From: Lama guanicoe
Lineage: Eukaryota
DNA: 64,000 nt
Assembly: GCA_013239625.1 (NCBI GenBank)
Contig: MU054098.1
Coordinates: forward strand, 2,667,104-2,731,103
Direction: 5' to 3'
Position numbers and translations under genes: made by a program
Notes under the pieces: model-generated
The model's database searches: none
Told to the model about the DNA's origin: nothing
Seen by the model: the letters and a program-made list of their open reading frames with translations, nothing else
Shown here: positions 1 through 11,149 of the stretch, piece after piece
Layout: every line of letters begins with the position of its first letter
How positions within the stretch are numbered: position 1 is the stretch's first letter

Positions 1-9
1 GATGAATCA

Positions 10-540
10 TGAGGCTTTTCATCTGCGGCTTACTCTCAGATCCATTCCCTGTTCACGCCCTGCTCTGTTCCGTATCACGGGAACTACATTCTCCACAGCC
101 CTTTGCCATTTGCTTGAGGCGGGGTGGGGGTGACCAACTAGAAGGTAGGAAAAAGAGAGTCTAGAAAGTCTGTTTCATCCCCACCCCCAACCTCACTTTT
201 TGTGGCACTTCCCGCAGCAGCCATGTTTCCCATGGGGCAGGTATCCCCTCCCTCTTTGGCCCCAGCTTCTGCAGGGCAGCCCCATCGTGGCTCTAGCTCC
301 CACCGGATAGCCCAGGTCTCCGCGCTCTGGCAACACCACTCACCACGTCTTCCAGCTGTCCCTCCACCGCTAGGGATGAGAGGGGCTTCCTGTTGCGGCT
401 AATCTCGGAGTTGCCTCACTGCCGCTTGTTCGGTTGCTCAGCTCTTCCATCACCTGTGACTAATCTCTGTATTAAATCCTCTATGTTTGACAGGCTTAAA
501 GTGATTTGTTTTTCTGGCTAACCGCCCCCAACCAGTATCT
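10..540 (+). mobile_element. ERVL solo LTR, LTR33-like
   Basis: Matches the recalled LTR33 consensus (tcagatccattccc..., aactacatt..., caacaccact..., ctcttccatcacctgtg..., gtattaaatcc). Confidence 0.75.
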
Positions 541-1171
541 ATCTGACTGGGTTGTTGTGAGGTTGATTTGGAAAGTACCAACTGAGCCGAGCCTTGAAGG
601 TCCAACTTGGAAAGACAGAAAAGTGGAGGTGAATTTCAGATCTCATTTCTGGCAGGGAAAAATCTTACACACTGTCAAGGATTGGCCAGGTGTTTACTGG
701 GGGCAGTAGGAGTGTAGGAGCTGGCCTCACTGCTTTCTGCCTCCCATCCTCTGAAAATATCTTCAAATGGGAAGGAAGTTCTCCCTTGCCAATGGGGAAT
801 ATGTCCCAGCAAGGAGGAGAAGCGTGGAAAGGAGTCACATCTCTAGGAGCTGGATGACAAAGTTTAGAGCCTACCTTTGGAAAAATAATTTTTAAAAATG
901 AGGTCTGCTTTGGTGGCTTCGCACATCCCTATCCTGTGTCCTCGAGCTGCTGTCTACCTGGCTTAGCACAGTACCCCGGGCTAACTGCCTTACCTTACCT
1001 GGACCTGATCTGGACAAGCCTCTGGTCTCCACTTCTTGTCCCAAGCTGAGGTATTTCTCAGTTTCCTAAGGTTTAGAGAAATCAGTAATAAGAACACCAT
1101 GAGTATCTGGCATAGAGACAAGCCTTTACTGAATCCCAGGCCTTCCTATCTATTATCATTTGAACAACTAT

Positions 1172-1400
1172 CAGTAATAACTACCACTTGATGATGCACA
1201 CTTACCATATGCCAGACACTATATAAAGCACTTTTAAGGTATATTTTCTCATTAAATCCTTACAGCCACCTGAGGTAGGTACTATTACCAATTCAATTGT
1301 ATAGGTAAGGAAACTGAGGCACAGGTATGAAAGTGACTGGCTCAAGGGCCCATTCTTAATAAGGGCACCAGCAGCTGTCTGACCCAGAGCCATAATTACG
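1172..1400 (-). mobile_element. MIR SINE
   Basis: Core sequence aggtactattac...gtaaggaaactgaggcacagg...aagtgactggctcaagg. Confidence 0.8.
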
Positions 1401-1633
1401 CCAAACCTCCTCCTTTCCTGCATCCCAGCCCCCTGGGCCCTGATGCACACCCTCCAGCCCACCCCCACCCAATCTCAGACTCTCCCCAGCTTCACCCTTC
1501 CGTTTAGTTCACTGATACGCTGACTAGACCCTAGGTTCCAACCAGAGGGATCCTTTAAGGAGGCTTTTCCTTGGTTCTGGAGATTGATTTATTCTGCTTC
1601 TCAGAGCAGAGAGTCCCTGTCCCCATCCCCCAA

Positions 1634-1634
1634 T

Positions 1635-1670
<36 letters not shown>

Positions 1671-1706
1671 ATGAGCTCTTTTTCTTTTCTTTTTCTTTTT
1701 TTTTCT
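1634..1706. repeat. (CA)n/(CG)n microsatellite followed by a T-rich tract
   Basis: Directly visible in the sequence. Confidence 0.95.
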
Positions 1707-2619
1707 GCCCAGTAGACTTCAAACTTCTGGTTTCTTCTTAGTTCTTCCCCTCATACTCTCAGCCTCCCCAGAGGAACAATCAAACAACCCACCTAAATTC
1801 ATCACACCCCCGAAGGCAAAAAGTTCAGAGCTACCAAGCTTATTTGCATGACAGGAATTCCTCATTCCGCTTACACATCCTGCCTTGGGACCTCTCGGCC
1901 CTGTTGCTTCCCAGACACCTCTTGGATGTTTGAAAGCCTCTCTTGAAATTATATCCACACCAACAAATGGACTGACTATCCATCCTCCAGCTTCAGGGGA
2001 AGAAAGAGGAGCATTCTCTTCGCAAACGCTGCAGGGGGCACCAAAGGCTGACTTTTCAGACTTCCAGTCCTGCCTGGGCCTGGCCCTCCCCCTGGTGGCC
2101 CAACACAGAAATGGATTCCTTGGTCATTCTTCATCTTGCTTTTGTCAGCAAGCTGTCTGAGAGCCCATATCTGCCGGGGATGAGAGCACTTTGCCTCAAA
2201 ATGCTGATGGTTGTGCTCTGCAGGTCTCTGCTGAGCAGTAGCCTCTGCTTCCAACAGCAGCAGCTGCTTTGGATGCCTGCTGCTGCCTGGTAGTGATTAC
2301 GGTGACTGACAGAGATGCAAGCGGGACTGGGAAGAGGACAAATAAAGGGAAGAAGGTTTTCTTTCCCTTTGCTAAAGGGCAACCAAAAGACGGCAGATGG
2401 CTGGGCTGCTTCTCTGCATTCCACACTCACCTGTCCTGGATGTTCATCAGGAACATCAGTAGTTGTCATGGAAACTGTATGTTGGGTAACTCAGGGCCAA
2501 CTATGCAAGTGACAGGAAGGGCTTCATACCCAAAGAACACCTCTGCCCTTCTGCTGGCTGATATCCTTTACTCTTTCATCCCTTCACTTAACAATAAATA
2601 TCTCTTGGATGGATAAATG

Positions 2620-2745
2620 AATGAATTTAACAAATATTTATTGAGAGACTACTGTGTACTATACTACATTTTTTAGCACTGGGGATACAGTAGGTGACAG
2701 GTGAGCAAGACAGATGTGGTCCCTGTTCTCACAGGGTCTACAGTC
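2620..2745 (-). mobile_element. L2 3' end fragment
   Basis: tttaacaaatatttattgagagactactgtg...ggggatacag...gagcaagacagatgtggtccctgttctc. Confidence 0.75.
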
Positions 2746-2800
2746 ATGGGACTACAGTTTCAAGTTTCACTATTTGCATTTCATTTCTTTAAGACTTCCC

Positions 2801-2848
2801 TTTATTTTATTTTATTTTATTATTTAATTTTATTTATTTATTTATTTT
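2801..2848. repeat. (TTTTA)n/(TTTA)n simple repeat
   Basis: Directly visible in the sequence. Confidence 0.9.
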
Positions 2849-4189
2849 TGGCTCCTGGATTGCTTTGATAATCTGATGAAGCAAACATGCATAAAATTTA
2901 GCATAAAATCTCAGAGGATTCATAGACATCCTCCCACTGTCAGGCAGAAATCTCTGACCTTAAAACCTTGTCCCCTGTTATAATGCAAATATGTTTTAAG
3001 CTGTTAGTAAGTCACTTATGACTCAGTATAAATGAATTCAAGCCCTTCCTGAGATCAGGTTTTCACGTGGGGCCAAGCAAGTGAGGGAAATTTACCTGAA
3101 GAAGACTGGGGAGGGGACACCAATAAGAGAAAGAGATTGGAGGCACTGAAGGAAAATGTCACCATCATCACAATTTTGCTACAGATCAGGTCTGTGCAAT
3201 AGTCCCCAAGCCAAAGGCGACTTCAGCTGCTACATAAAATAATGACTATCAATGGACAATCTGAACACAAGCTGAGACTCAGGGAGAGTTGTTCTCTGTG
3301 GAAAACCTGGCCTTCCTATGGATTGGTCTCTGAATGTTCTCTTCATAGGCTACAAATAATATTGGTGGATGAGTCAAATGCCCATGGCCCAAAGGTCATT
3401 GTTGAGGAATGTGTTCTTCTTGGCTTCTGCCTTTATTCTTGTCCTGGGTGTCAGGAATCAGCTGAGTAGAAAGCTAAGTGATACAAATGTTCTTTAATAT
3501 CTGAGCAGCTTGAGGTTTAGAAACTAAACGTGAGATCTGAGTGATTAATATTATTAATATTAATAAGATCTCTCTCCTGCTGTGGTCACTGGAGCCCTGT
3601 GTTGTAGCCCAGGCTCAATGTGGGAGACAGCCTGGGCCAGGAGGTAGCCTTTAGCTACAACACAGAAGTCAAAATACCCCAAAGGAGCATCAGGGGTTAC
3701 AAGCTACTGCAATACTCTGCTTTATACTTGAGACCTGACAGCAAAATTACATGATCTCAGCTGTCAGGGTAAACCTGCTTTTGTTTAAAAAAGGAAAATT
3801 GTGGGGATCTAAGAGTAAAAACTAGGGGGGAGGTCATTGTATTTCTTTCTTATTCTCCTTTCTTTCAGCATCTGCTTTTGCTTTTTCCTCTGTTCTCTTT
3901 CCCAATTCCCTCTGTGTGTTTGAACTTTGAGAAGTACCTAGACCTAGAAAATTGTGAGTCAATCACAAAGGCTTGATGAGAAATATATTTATCTCAGAGC
4001 TGCTCTTAATAAATGTGGCATATGGGGACTCACCCAGAGTGAAAGAACAGAAACTATGGGAGGACTTCTCATTTGTTAGAAAATCAGTACCAATTATTAC
4101 AGAAGGCTTGGACGCCTGGATGATCTGCTTGAAAAGTGATACATAATATTCCTGGTCCTCCCTTCACCTACTGTCTGCCTTTGGATCTT

Positions 4190-4495
4190 CAATTAATTCC
4201 TTCTACAAAAATCTATTGTATACTTGCTCTGTGCCAGGCTCTAGGACCGGGCTCTAGGACTGGGTACTGAAGAAGACAAAGGCCCTAACTTCAGTGGAAT
4301 GTTCATCTAGTGCAGAGCCTAAGAATAATCAGATAGGGACGAGTCCATTAAGATGACTTGTGGCAGTTGGTATGAAAGAACATGACAGGCTCCCGTGAGA
4401 CAGTGTAACAGAGGAGCTCACTCTAAACTGGTTGCCCAGGGACGGTCTCTTTGAGGAGGTGATATTTGAACTGAGAACTGAGAGATAAGAATAAG
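4190..4495 (-). mobile_element. L2 fragment
   Basis: tacttgctctgtgccaggctctagg...gaggaggtgatatttgaactgaga. Confidence 0.65.
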
Positions 4496-5015
4496 CCAAC
4501 TCTAAATGCCCATCAACAGATGACTGGATAAAGATGTGATACACACAGACACAGACACACACACACAATGTAATTCTACTCAGCCACACAAAAGAATGAA
4601 ATAATGTCATTTGCAGCAACATGGATGGACCTAGAGATTATCATACTAAGTGAAGTAAGTCAGACAGAGAAAACAAATATCATATGATATCACCGATATG
4701 TGGAATCTAAAGAAATGGCACAAATGAATTTATTTACAAAACAGAAAGACTCACAGACATAGAAAACAAACTTATGGTTGCCAAAGGGGAAAGGGAGAGG
4801 GAGTGAAGGAATAAATTAGGAGTTTGGGATTAGCAGATACACACTACTATATATAAAACAGATAAACAACAAGGTCCTACCGTTTAGCACAGAGAACCAT
4901 ATTCAATATCTTGTAATAACCTATAATGAAAAAGAATATATATATATGTATAACTGAATCACTATGCTGTACAACAGAAACTAACACAACATTGTAAACC
5001 AACTATACTGCAATG
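4496..5015 (+). mobile_element. 5'-truncated L1 (ORF2 end plus 3'UTR, cetartiodactyl family)
   Basis: gcagcaacatggatggacctagagattatcatactaagtgaagtaagtcagacagaga...; closely similar to 34850-35325 in this window. Confidence 0.9.
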
Positions 5016-5774
5016 ATTTCTTAAACAAGTAACACTCACCATGTCCCTGAAAGGTCAGAGTGGCAGTTTCAAACCAGCTAGCAACATAATTGGGGTAGGG
5101 ATTAGTGGCCATTTTATGCCTGGGGAAGGGGAGGGGCGGACGTAACGGCTGCTTGCTGGACAACTGCATGTGTTCAGTAGGGAAAAGGACCTGTTTGTAA
5201 CACTCAGTGAGGGGGCTCTTGCAGTTTGGAGCTATTGGGGGGCATCAGTACTAGGGTACAAGGGAGTGTCGGGAGCATTGAGGGGCAGGGAGCCAAAGCT
5301 GGGTGAGGGCTCTCTTTTTGGCCCTAATGTTTTACAGCTGAGCTTGTGCACTTGGCTTGAGGTTACTACACAAGGGTTTTAAACTAGATAAACCAACGTC
5401 AAAGTCATTCCCAGCGGGCCCCAGAATGATTAGAAAAGGAAATTCTAACCACTCAGCAACCTTGGAGAAGAGACGAAGGTTGCTGACAATTTAGGGACAG
5501 GGATTGGCTCCCCTCTAGGCGTTGGGGCACACGTGCACTAAATTGGAGGTAGGGCACGGAGGGGAATGGTAAATTCTCACTGAGGCCACTTTCTCTACTT
5601 CACGGTCTCCAGGAGGCTGTGGGAGGCTTGAACTACTTCCAAATTTTGAAGATTTCTGTATATTTTTTAAATGAATTCAAACAAAAATGGAGTTACAAAA
5701 ATGATGATATATTTTAAATACTTACATCTTTTAAAAATTGCCCTGAGGCAAAAGTGTAGTACAATGTATAACAT

Positions 5775-5855
5775 CTGGTGAGGTCCAGAAATCTGCATTT
5801 TTAACAAATGCCCCATATGCTTTTGCTGCACATCAACATTTGAGAAGCATGCCTG
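5775..5855. mobile_element. MER5A-like hAT-Charlie half element
   Basis: ggtgaggtccagaaatctgcatttttaacaaatgcccc...tttgagaagcatg. Confidence 0.65.
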
Positions 5856-6701
5856 GAATTTTACCAGAAGAAAGCTGTCCAAAGTGAGGTAGATGTCGTT
5901 TAAGATGGCAGGGAAATGAATTCTCTCACCTCAACATGGAGTGTGTATGTCAGCAATTTGTATTGCTTTCCCATCATAGGAAAATAAAGCTAATCTTATA
6001 CCCAAATGAAGCAAACAGCTACTAGTTTAAGTGAAGGATGCCAGAATATCCTCCTCCTCAGTATATGCCTCCAACCAGCCTGCCGTCGGGCCTGAGACTC
6101 CTAGAAGTAGCTTTGCTCCTTAAGGATTATTATTAGCTCTGTTCTGCTGTCTATTCCTGCCACTCTCCCTTTGCATTATGTTATAAAGCTTTCCAATTTG
6201 CTAGGAGAAGATGGTTGCTGGCAGGAGATCTGAGAGAGTGCAGAAGAATTTGTCAAAAGCTGGTAAGAAATTGGCCTTGTACTTTGATTGAAAGAAAAAT
6301 AACCTTGTGCTTGGATTTGTCGAGAAATGTGAAATTGAACAGACATGTTCATCTGACCTCGCTATGGCCATGTGTTCAGAATCTGAGCAAGTCAACAACA
6401 ATTGTGGGTATGCTCTACAGTCCCAGTACATTACACTGGCACTGAGAAAAGAGCTAAATACAAGCCCTCACCTGCTCTACAGGAGTTGACAATATCAAAG
6501 GCAACGCAGGGCACACACATGAATTAGAACATATTTGTAAGGCTCTGTTGTTAAGATCACATGATGCTAGCACAAAAGTCCTGAAAATTTTGGAAATTTG
6601 AAAGAGGAAGGACCACAGCCTATGATTGTGGAGGTTGTGTCTTATACGAAAGCATCCAGCCAGGGGCTGATCTTGTAGAAAGTTCAAAAGTCATATTTGG
6701 G

Positions 6702-6789
6702 AGGGAGGTGGTGATAGCTCAGTGGTGGAATGTGTGCTGAGCATGCATAAGGGCCTGGGTTCAATCCCCAGGACCTCCATTTAAATAAA

Positions 6790-6829
<40 letters not shown>

Positions 6830-6877
6830 TAAATAAATAAAACCCTAATTGCCTCCCCCCTCAAAAACATTTTTTTA
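6702..6877 (+). mobile_element. tRNA-Ala-derived camelid SINE (Vic-1 type) with an internal (TAAG)n/(TAAA)n tract
   Basis: A box tagctcagtggtgg, B box ggttcaatccc, tail cctaattgcctccccc; 16-bp TSD aaaagtcata[t/g]ttggg at 6686-6701 and 6878-6893. Confidence 0.9.
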
Positions 6878-8209
6878 AAAAGTCATAGTTGGGTAGAGAA
6901 GGTAGGGCAAAGCGTAGGAAAGGGCATCATTACCAAACACGGAAAATTTTTAAAAACCCAGTGTCTGATTTGTCTATCATATAGGGTGAAAGGCTAGCTC
7001 CATGTGGAAGAATGAAAATCTATTGGACATCATACATTTAGGGACGTTTTAGAGAAATACAACTACACAAACCACATCTGTAATCTTGCAATTCAAAGTA
7101 GATCAAGGGTTGAAAATAAAATAATTTCTATAAGCTAAATTATAATGTCCATATTGTTCCCTGCTACAATCCCAACACCTTACACCTAGCAGGCAGTTGA
7201 TATATATTGGCTGAATGAATGACTGTCTGAATGAATAACTATCTTACTCATCACCTTACAGCTCACATGGTTTAACCAATCCTGCCAGGTGGTCTATTAT
7301 TTCCCAATCTTCAGGATTCAGGTGCTACCTCTGTATTCAGATTTATTCTATGTGGTATTCCCACCACCATTAGTGGACAGTCATTTCTCTACACCCAGCA
7401 TCTAGCAGAGGACCTGAAATATGGTAGCTGTTCAACATAAGAATCTAAAAATGAATAGATAGGTGGACAATGAATTGATACACGATAAGTGGGAAAAGAC
7501 TGTTGAGAGGATAATTTGCAATAACTTCTCTGCTAAATAATGACATAGTAAGTCCCAATCTGAGGTCACCTGAGCAACAAGGGGAATGGAATGGTAGCAA
7601 TTGGAGTCCTTGAGCTGTTTTCAAGATGTTTAGCGAAAATTGTATCCTCACCTGATTGGAGTAGGTGCAATGAGGGGGCACCAGAAAGCCTCCTAAGCTA
7701 AAAAAAATGCCTATGGTTTATAATGGTTTATAACTTGGCCCATCGCATGTTTCCTCTCTTTGTTGAAATCGTTAGATATTCAGAAAATTATTTTAAATAA
7801 CATAACTGTTTGTTGTTTAAAACATGTACAAACAAAAGCTGAACTCATCCAGGAATTAAAATAAAAATTTAAAAAACAGTACAAGCATTTCCAGACACCA
7901 GGACATCTAGCCCAGTTTATTAGAAAACAGTTGAATACCCATAGGAACTATATCATCATTCTCCCTTTTCAAACTTGTCTAGAGATGACAAGAATCTAGA
8001 GATTCTGTGTTTAAAAGTGTAACTCACTTTATTTTAAGAAATACTTATTGAGAATTTCAAGAGCTAGAGAAGCATTCAAGAGCCAGAGAAACATTCCATG
8101 GATGAAAGACTGGCTATTCTGGGCCATCAAAGAGTGAAATGAAAATTTAAAGTTTGTTTCTGGTATCACAGGCTCAGAAACATAGGGAAAGGCATCAACA
8201 ATTAGATAG

Positions 8210-8430
8210 CTCTTACTGTATACCAGGCTGCAGCCCAGGCATTTTACACTGACTCCTACAACAATTCAGCGTGGTAGGGATTTTCCTCTATTTTAACAGT
8301 TGAGAAAACTGTTAAAGAAAACTGACTCAGAGATTTGGATTGACTGCTATGAGGTCACACAGCTAATAAGCAGCAGAACAGGATTAAAACCCTTGTCTGT
8401 TTGACTCGAAAACCGCTGCTCTTTTCACAA
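8210..8430 (-). mobile_element. MIR SINE
   Basis: ttttaacagttgag...aaactgactcagaga...aggtcacacagctaataagcagcagaacaggatt. Confidence 0.75.
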
Positions 8431-8759
8431 TGGCAGGCTGCCTCTCACTGTTTCATATTGCCCTTACCTCCTTCCTGTCTTCCTCTACAACCCAAGTTGT
8501 CTACAGCAATACTGTCTCCCAAGGCAAGATTTTGATAGTTACTATAGCCATAAGTGTGTCTTAGTTCAGGGTCTCATCAAGGACATTCAAACCTTTTGCA
8601 GGCATGCCCTCTAATCAATTTGTACAGGAAAAAAAAATCTATGTATCCTCTTATATAATCTTGGGTTGACATCCAGATTTTTCATCATAAGTTTAAACAC
8701 TTGCAAAGAATGTAATTTCTGGAATATGGTAAATGTAAACATTTAAAATAAAACTATCC

Positions 8760-9330
8760 CTACAATAGCCAAAACATGGAAACAACCTAAATGTCCATCA
8801 ACAGGTGACTGGATAAAGAAGAGGTTGTATATTTATACAATGGAATACTACTCAGCCATAAAAACCGACAACATAATGCCATTTGCAGCAACATGGATGC
8901 TCCTAGAGAATGTCATTCTAAGTGAAGTAAGCCAGAAAGAGAAAGAAAAATACCATATGAGATCGCTCATATGTGGAATCTAAAAAACAAAACCAAACAA
9001 ACAAACAAAAACAAAGCATAAATACAGGACAGAAATAGACTCATGGACAGAGAATACAGACTTGTGGTTACCAGGGGGGTAGAGGGTGGGAAGGGATAGA
9101 CTGGGATTTCAAAATTGTAGAATAGATAAACAAGATTACACTGTATAGCACAGGGAAATATACACAAAATGTTATGATAAATCACAGAGAAAAAAATGTG
9201 ACAATGAGTGTAGTGTGTATAATGAATGACTGAAAAATTGTGCTGAACACTGGAATTTGACACAACACTGTAAAATGATTATGAATCAATAAAAAATGTA
9301 AAAAAAAAGAAAAAAAAGAAAAAATAAAAT
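8760..9330 (+). mobile_element. Young 5'-truncated L1 with A-rich tail
   Basis: L1 ORF2 end and 3'UTR; perfect 15-bp TSD aaaataaaactatcc at 8745-8759 and 9331-9345. Confidence 0.93.
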
Positions 9331-10169
9331 AAAATAAAACTATCCAATTATTCATTTAAATGTATCCAATGAAATCTGAATACTGTAGTGATTTGTTACT
9401 TGTAACCATATATTTAAAAAATAAATGGCTAAACACTTCTTTAAGGGCAGAGAGTTAACATCATTCCTTTCTCTCCTTGAATTCTTATTTCCATTCCATA
9501 TCCCCAGAGGATTTTATCCTAATGTTATAAATTGTTGTGTTTTAAAGTCTTTTTAAATTATTGATCACCTTATTATATTTCTTAATAACAAAAGTATATA
9601 TTGAATTTAAATTATTTATTTTTTGTGGCCAGAAGGTAATAATTGTTAAAACATTTCTTCTGAATATAGTTATTATTCAATTATTAGCAGCATAAAACTG
9701 CTCAAAAGAACACAAATATTACACAAATTGTGATAACTATTAGACATAAAATACATTTTTATTGGAAATGCATTTCCTAAAGATATGAGTGGGGCTTTGC
9801 TTCCAACTAGTTATTATATCCACAGAATACTGAGTAATATTCAGGAACAAGATTCAGCATCAATTATATATTTAGTTTCCAATTTTATAAAAGTAAGTGC
9901 TAAGAAATCTTTTTCATATCAATAAGCATATGTGAATGAATAGTTTTATTATGCCATTAGCATTCAATTTTCCTGACTTCTGAGTTACTGCCAAAGAGTC
10001 ATACAATGATTTTTCATAAAATAATATTTTTAACAGTCTATCACCTGAAAACCTGATTAGGTTCTCCTTAAATTTTATTGAAAGCAAAGAATTAGAAACC
10101 ACATGACTTAGAAAAGGATTTTACTCAAGATTATAGTCATTCAGTTTCTCAGTTTCAGGAAAGTAATAC

Positions 10170-10710
10170 TGTGGTAGGAAGCCTCTGAGATGTCCCCCAG
10201 TGATCCTCACTTCCTTTTATTTGAGTCTTTATGCAATCTTTTCTCCTTGAGCATGGGCTGGACCTAGGGACTCACTTCTAACAAACAGATTGTGGCAAAA
10301 GTAATGTTACTTCAGAGATTAGGTTATAAAAAGACCAGGTCTTTTCTCTTTCACATCCTCTGGGGGAAACCTGCTGCCATTTTGTGAGCTGTCTTATGAA
10401 GAGGCTCACTCCAGAAAGAACTCAGAGTGGTCTCTGGCCAGTAGCCAGCAAGGACTGAGATCCTCAGTCCAACAACCCACAAGAAACTGAAGCCTGTCAG
10501 CAACCATACAACCATGAGAGCGAGCTTGGAAGAGAATGCTCCCTCCGCTGAGGCTTTTTAGATGAGATCCTAGCTCTGGCCAACAACTGGATTTTACCAC
10601 TGTAAGAGATCTTGAGCCAGAGGCACACAACTTGCCACACACAGATTCCTGACCCACAGAAACTGTAAGATAATAAACGTCTATTGCTGTAAGCTACTAA
10701 CTTTGGGGAT
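10170..10710 (+). mobile_element. ERVL-MaLR solo LTR (MLT1E/F-like)
   Basis: tgtggtaggaagcctctgagatgtccccc ... cagattcctgacccacagaaactgtaagataataaac...aagctactaactttgggg. Confidence 0.85.
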
Positions 10711-11149
10711 AAAACCAAAAAAGGTTTATAAAGACTTATCAAATAATTATTAAATATACCATTTACTGTTTTACTTAGAGGCACTTTGTTTAACCCAGTA
10801 TACTAAACCAAGTTCATGAAATGGAAAATATAAATTTTATCAATTTTAGTACAGCTTAACCAAAATGCTTTTTTCTTATCACATGTTTTAAATATAATTT
10901 TACCAAAATTTTGGAGCTTCAGATTTAGCAATTCTTAAAAACTGTCATATAGCTTAACTGACAAAGCCAGTCATCATCCCCAAACCAATTGGCTAAATCA
11001 TACATATCTCTTTTGTCTCAAAAAGGATGACTTCATTTTTTAACTCAATAAATATGTCAATAGTTATCCCTGTGATGACCATTTCACTTATAAATTCTAA
11101 CTCTAGGATAGACAAACAGATCAAAAGATAGATGATAGGTGGATAGGTA

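Larger units (their letters stand above)
8567..10980 (-). mobile_element. Ancient hAT-Charlie DNA transposon with a decayed transposase remnant, interrupted by an L1 and an MLT1 LTR
   Basis: The minus-strand ORF 9914..10102 (KENLIRFSGDRLLKILFYEKSL) resembles the Charlie transposase C-terminal region; the sequence resumes after each insertion. Boundaries are approximate. Confidence 0.6.

Noticed and set aside
1719..2616. Cluster of overlapping 60-115 aa ORFs as a nested protein-coding gene such as TRPC5OS
   Set aside because: There is no recognisable protein similarity, and higher local GC content explains the open frames.
5451..5471. REST/RE1 site (tcagcaaccttggagaag)
   Set aside because: It has an extra base in the left half and mismatches in the GGACAG half, and is better explained as an arm of the inverted repeat.
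6201..6687. Short ORFs in a non-repeat stretch
   Set aside because: There is no recognisable homology or coherent splice signal. It may be a conserved non-coding element, but I cannot show that from the sequence alone.
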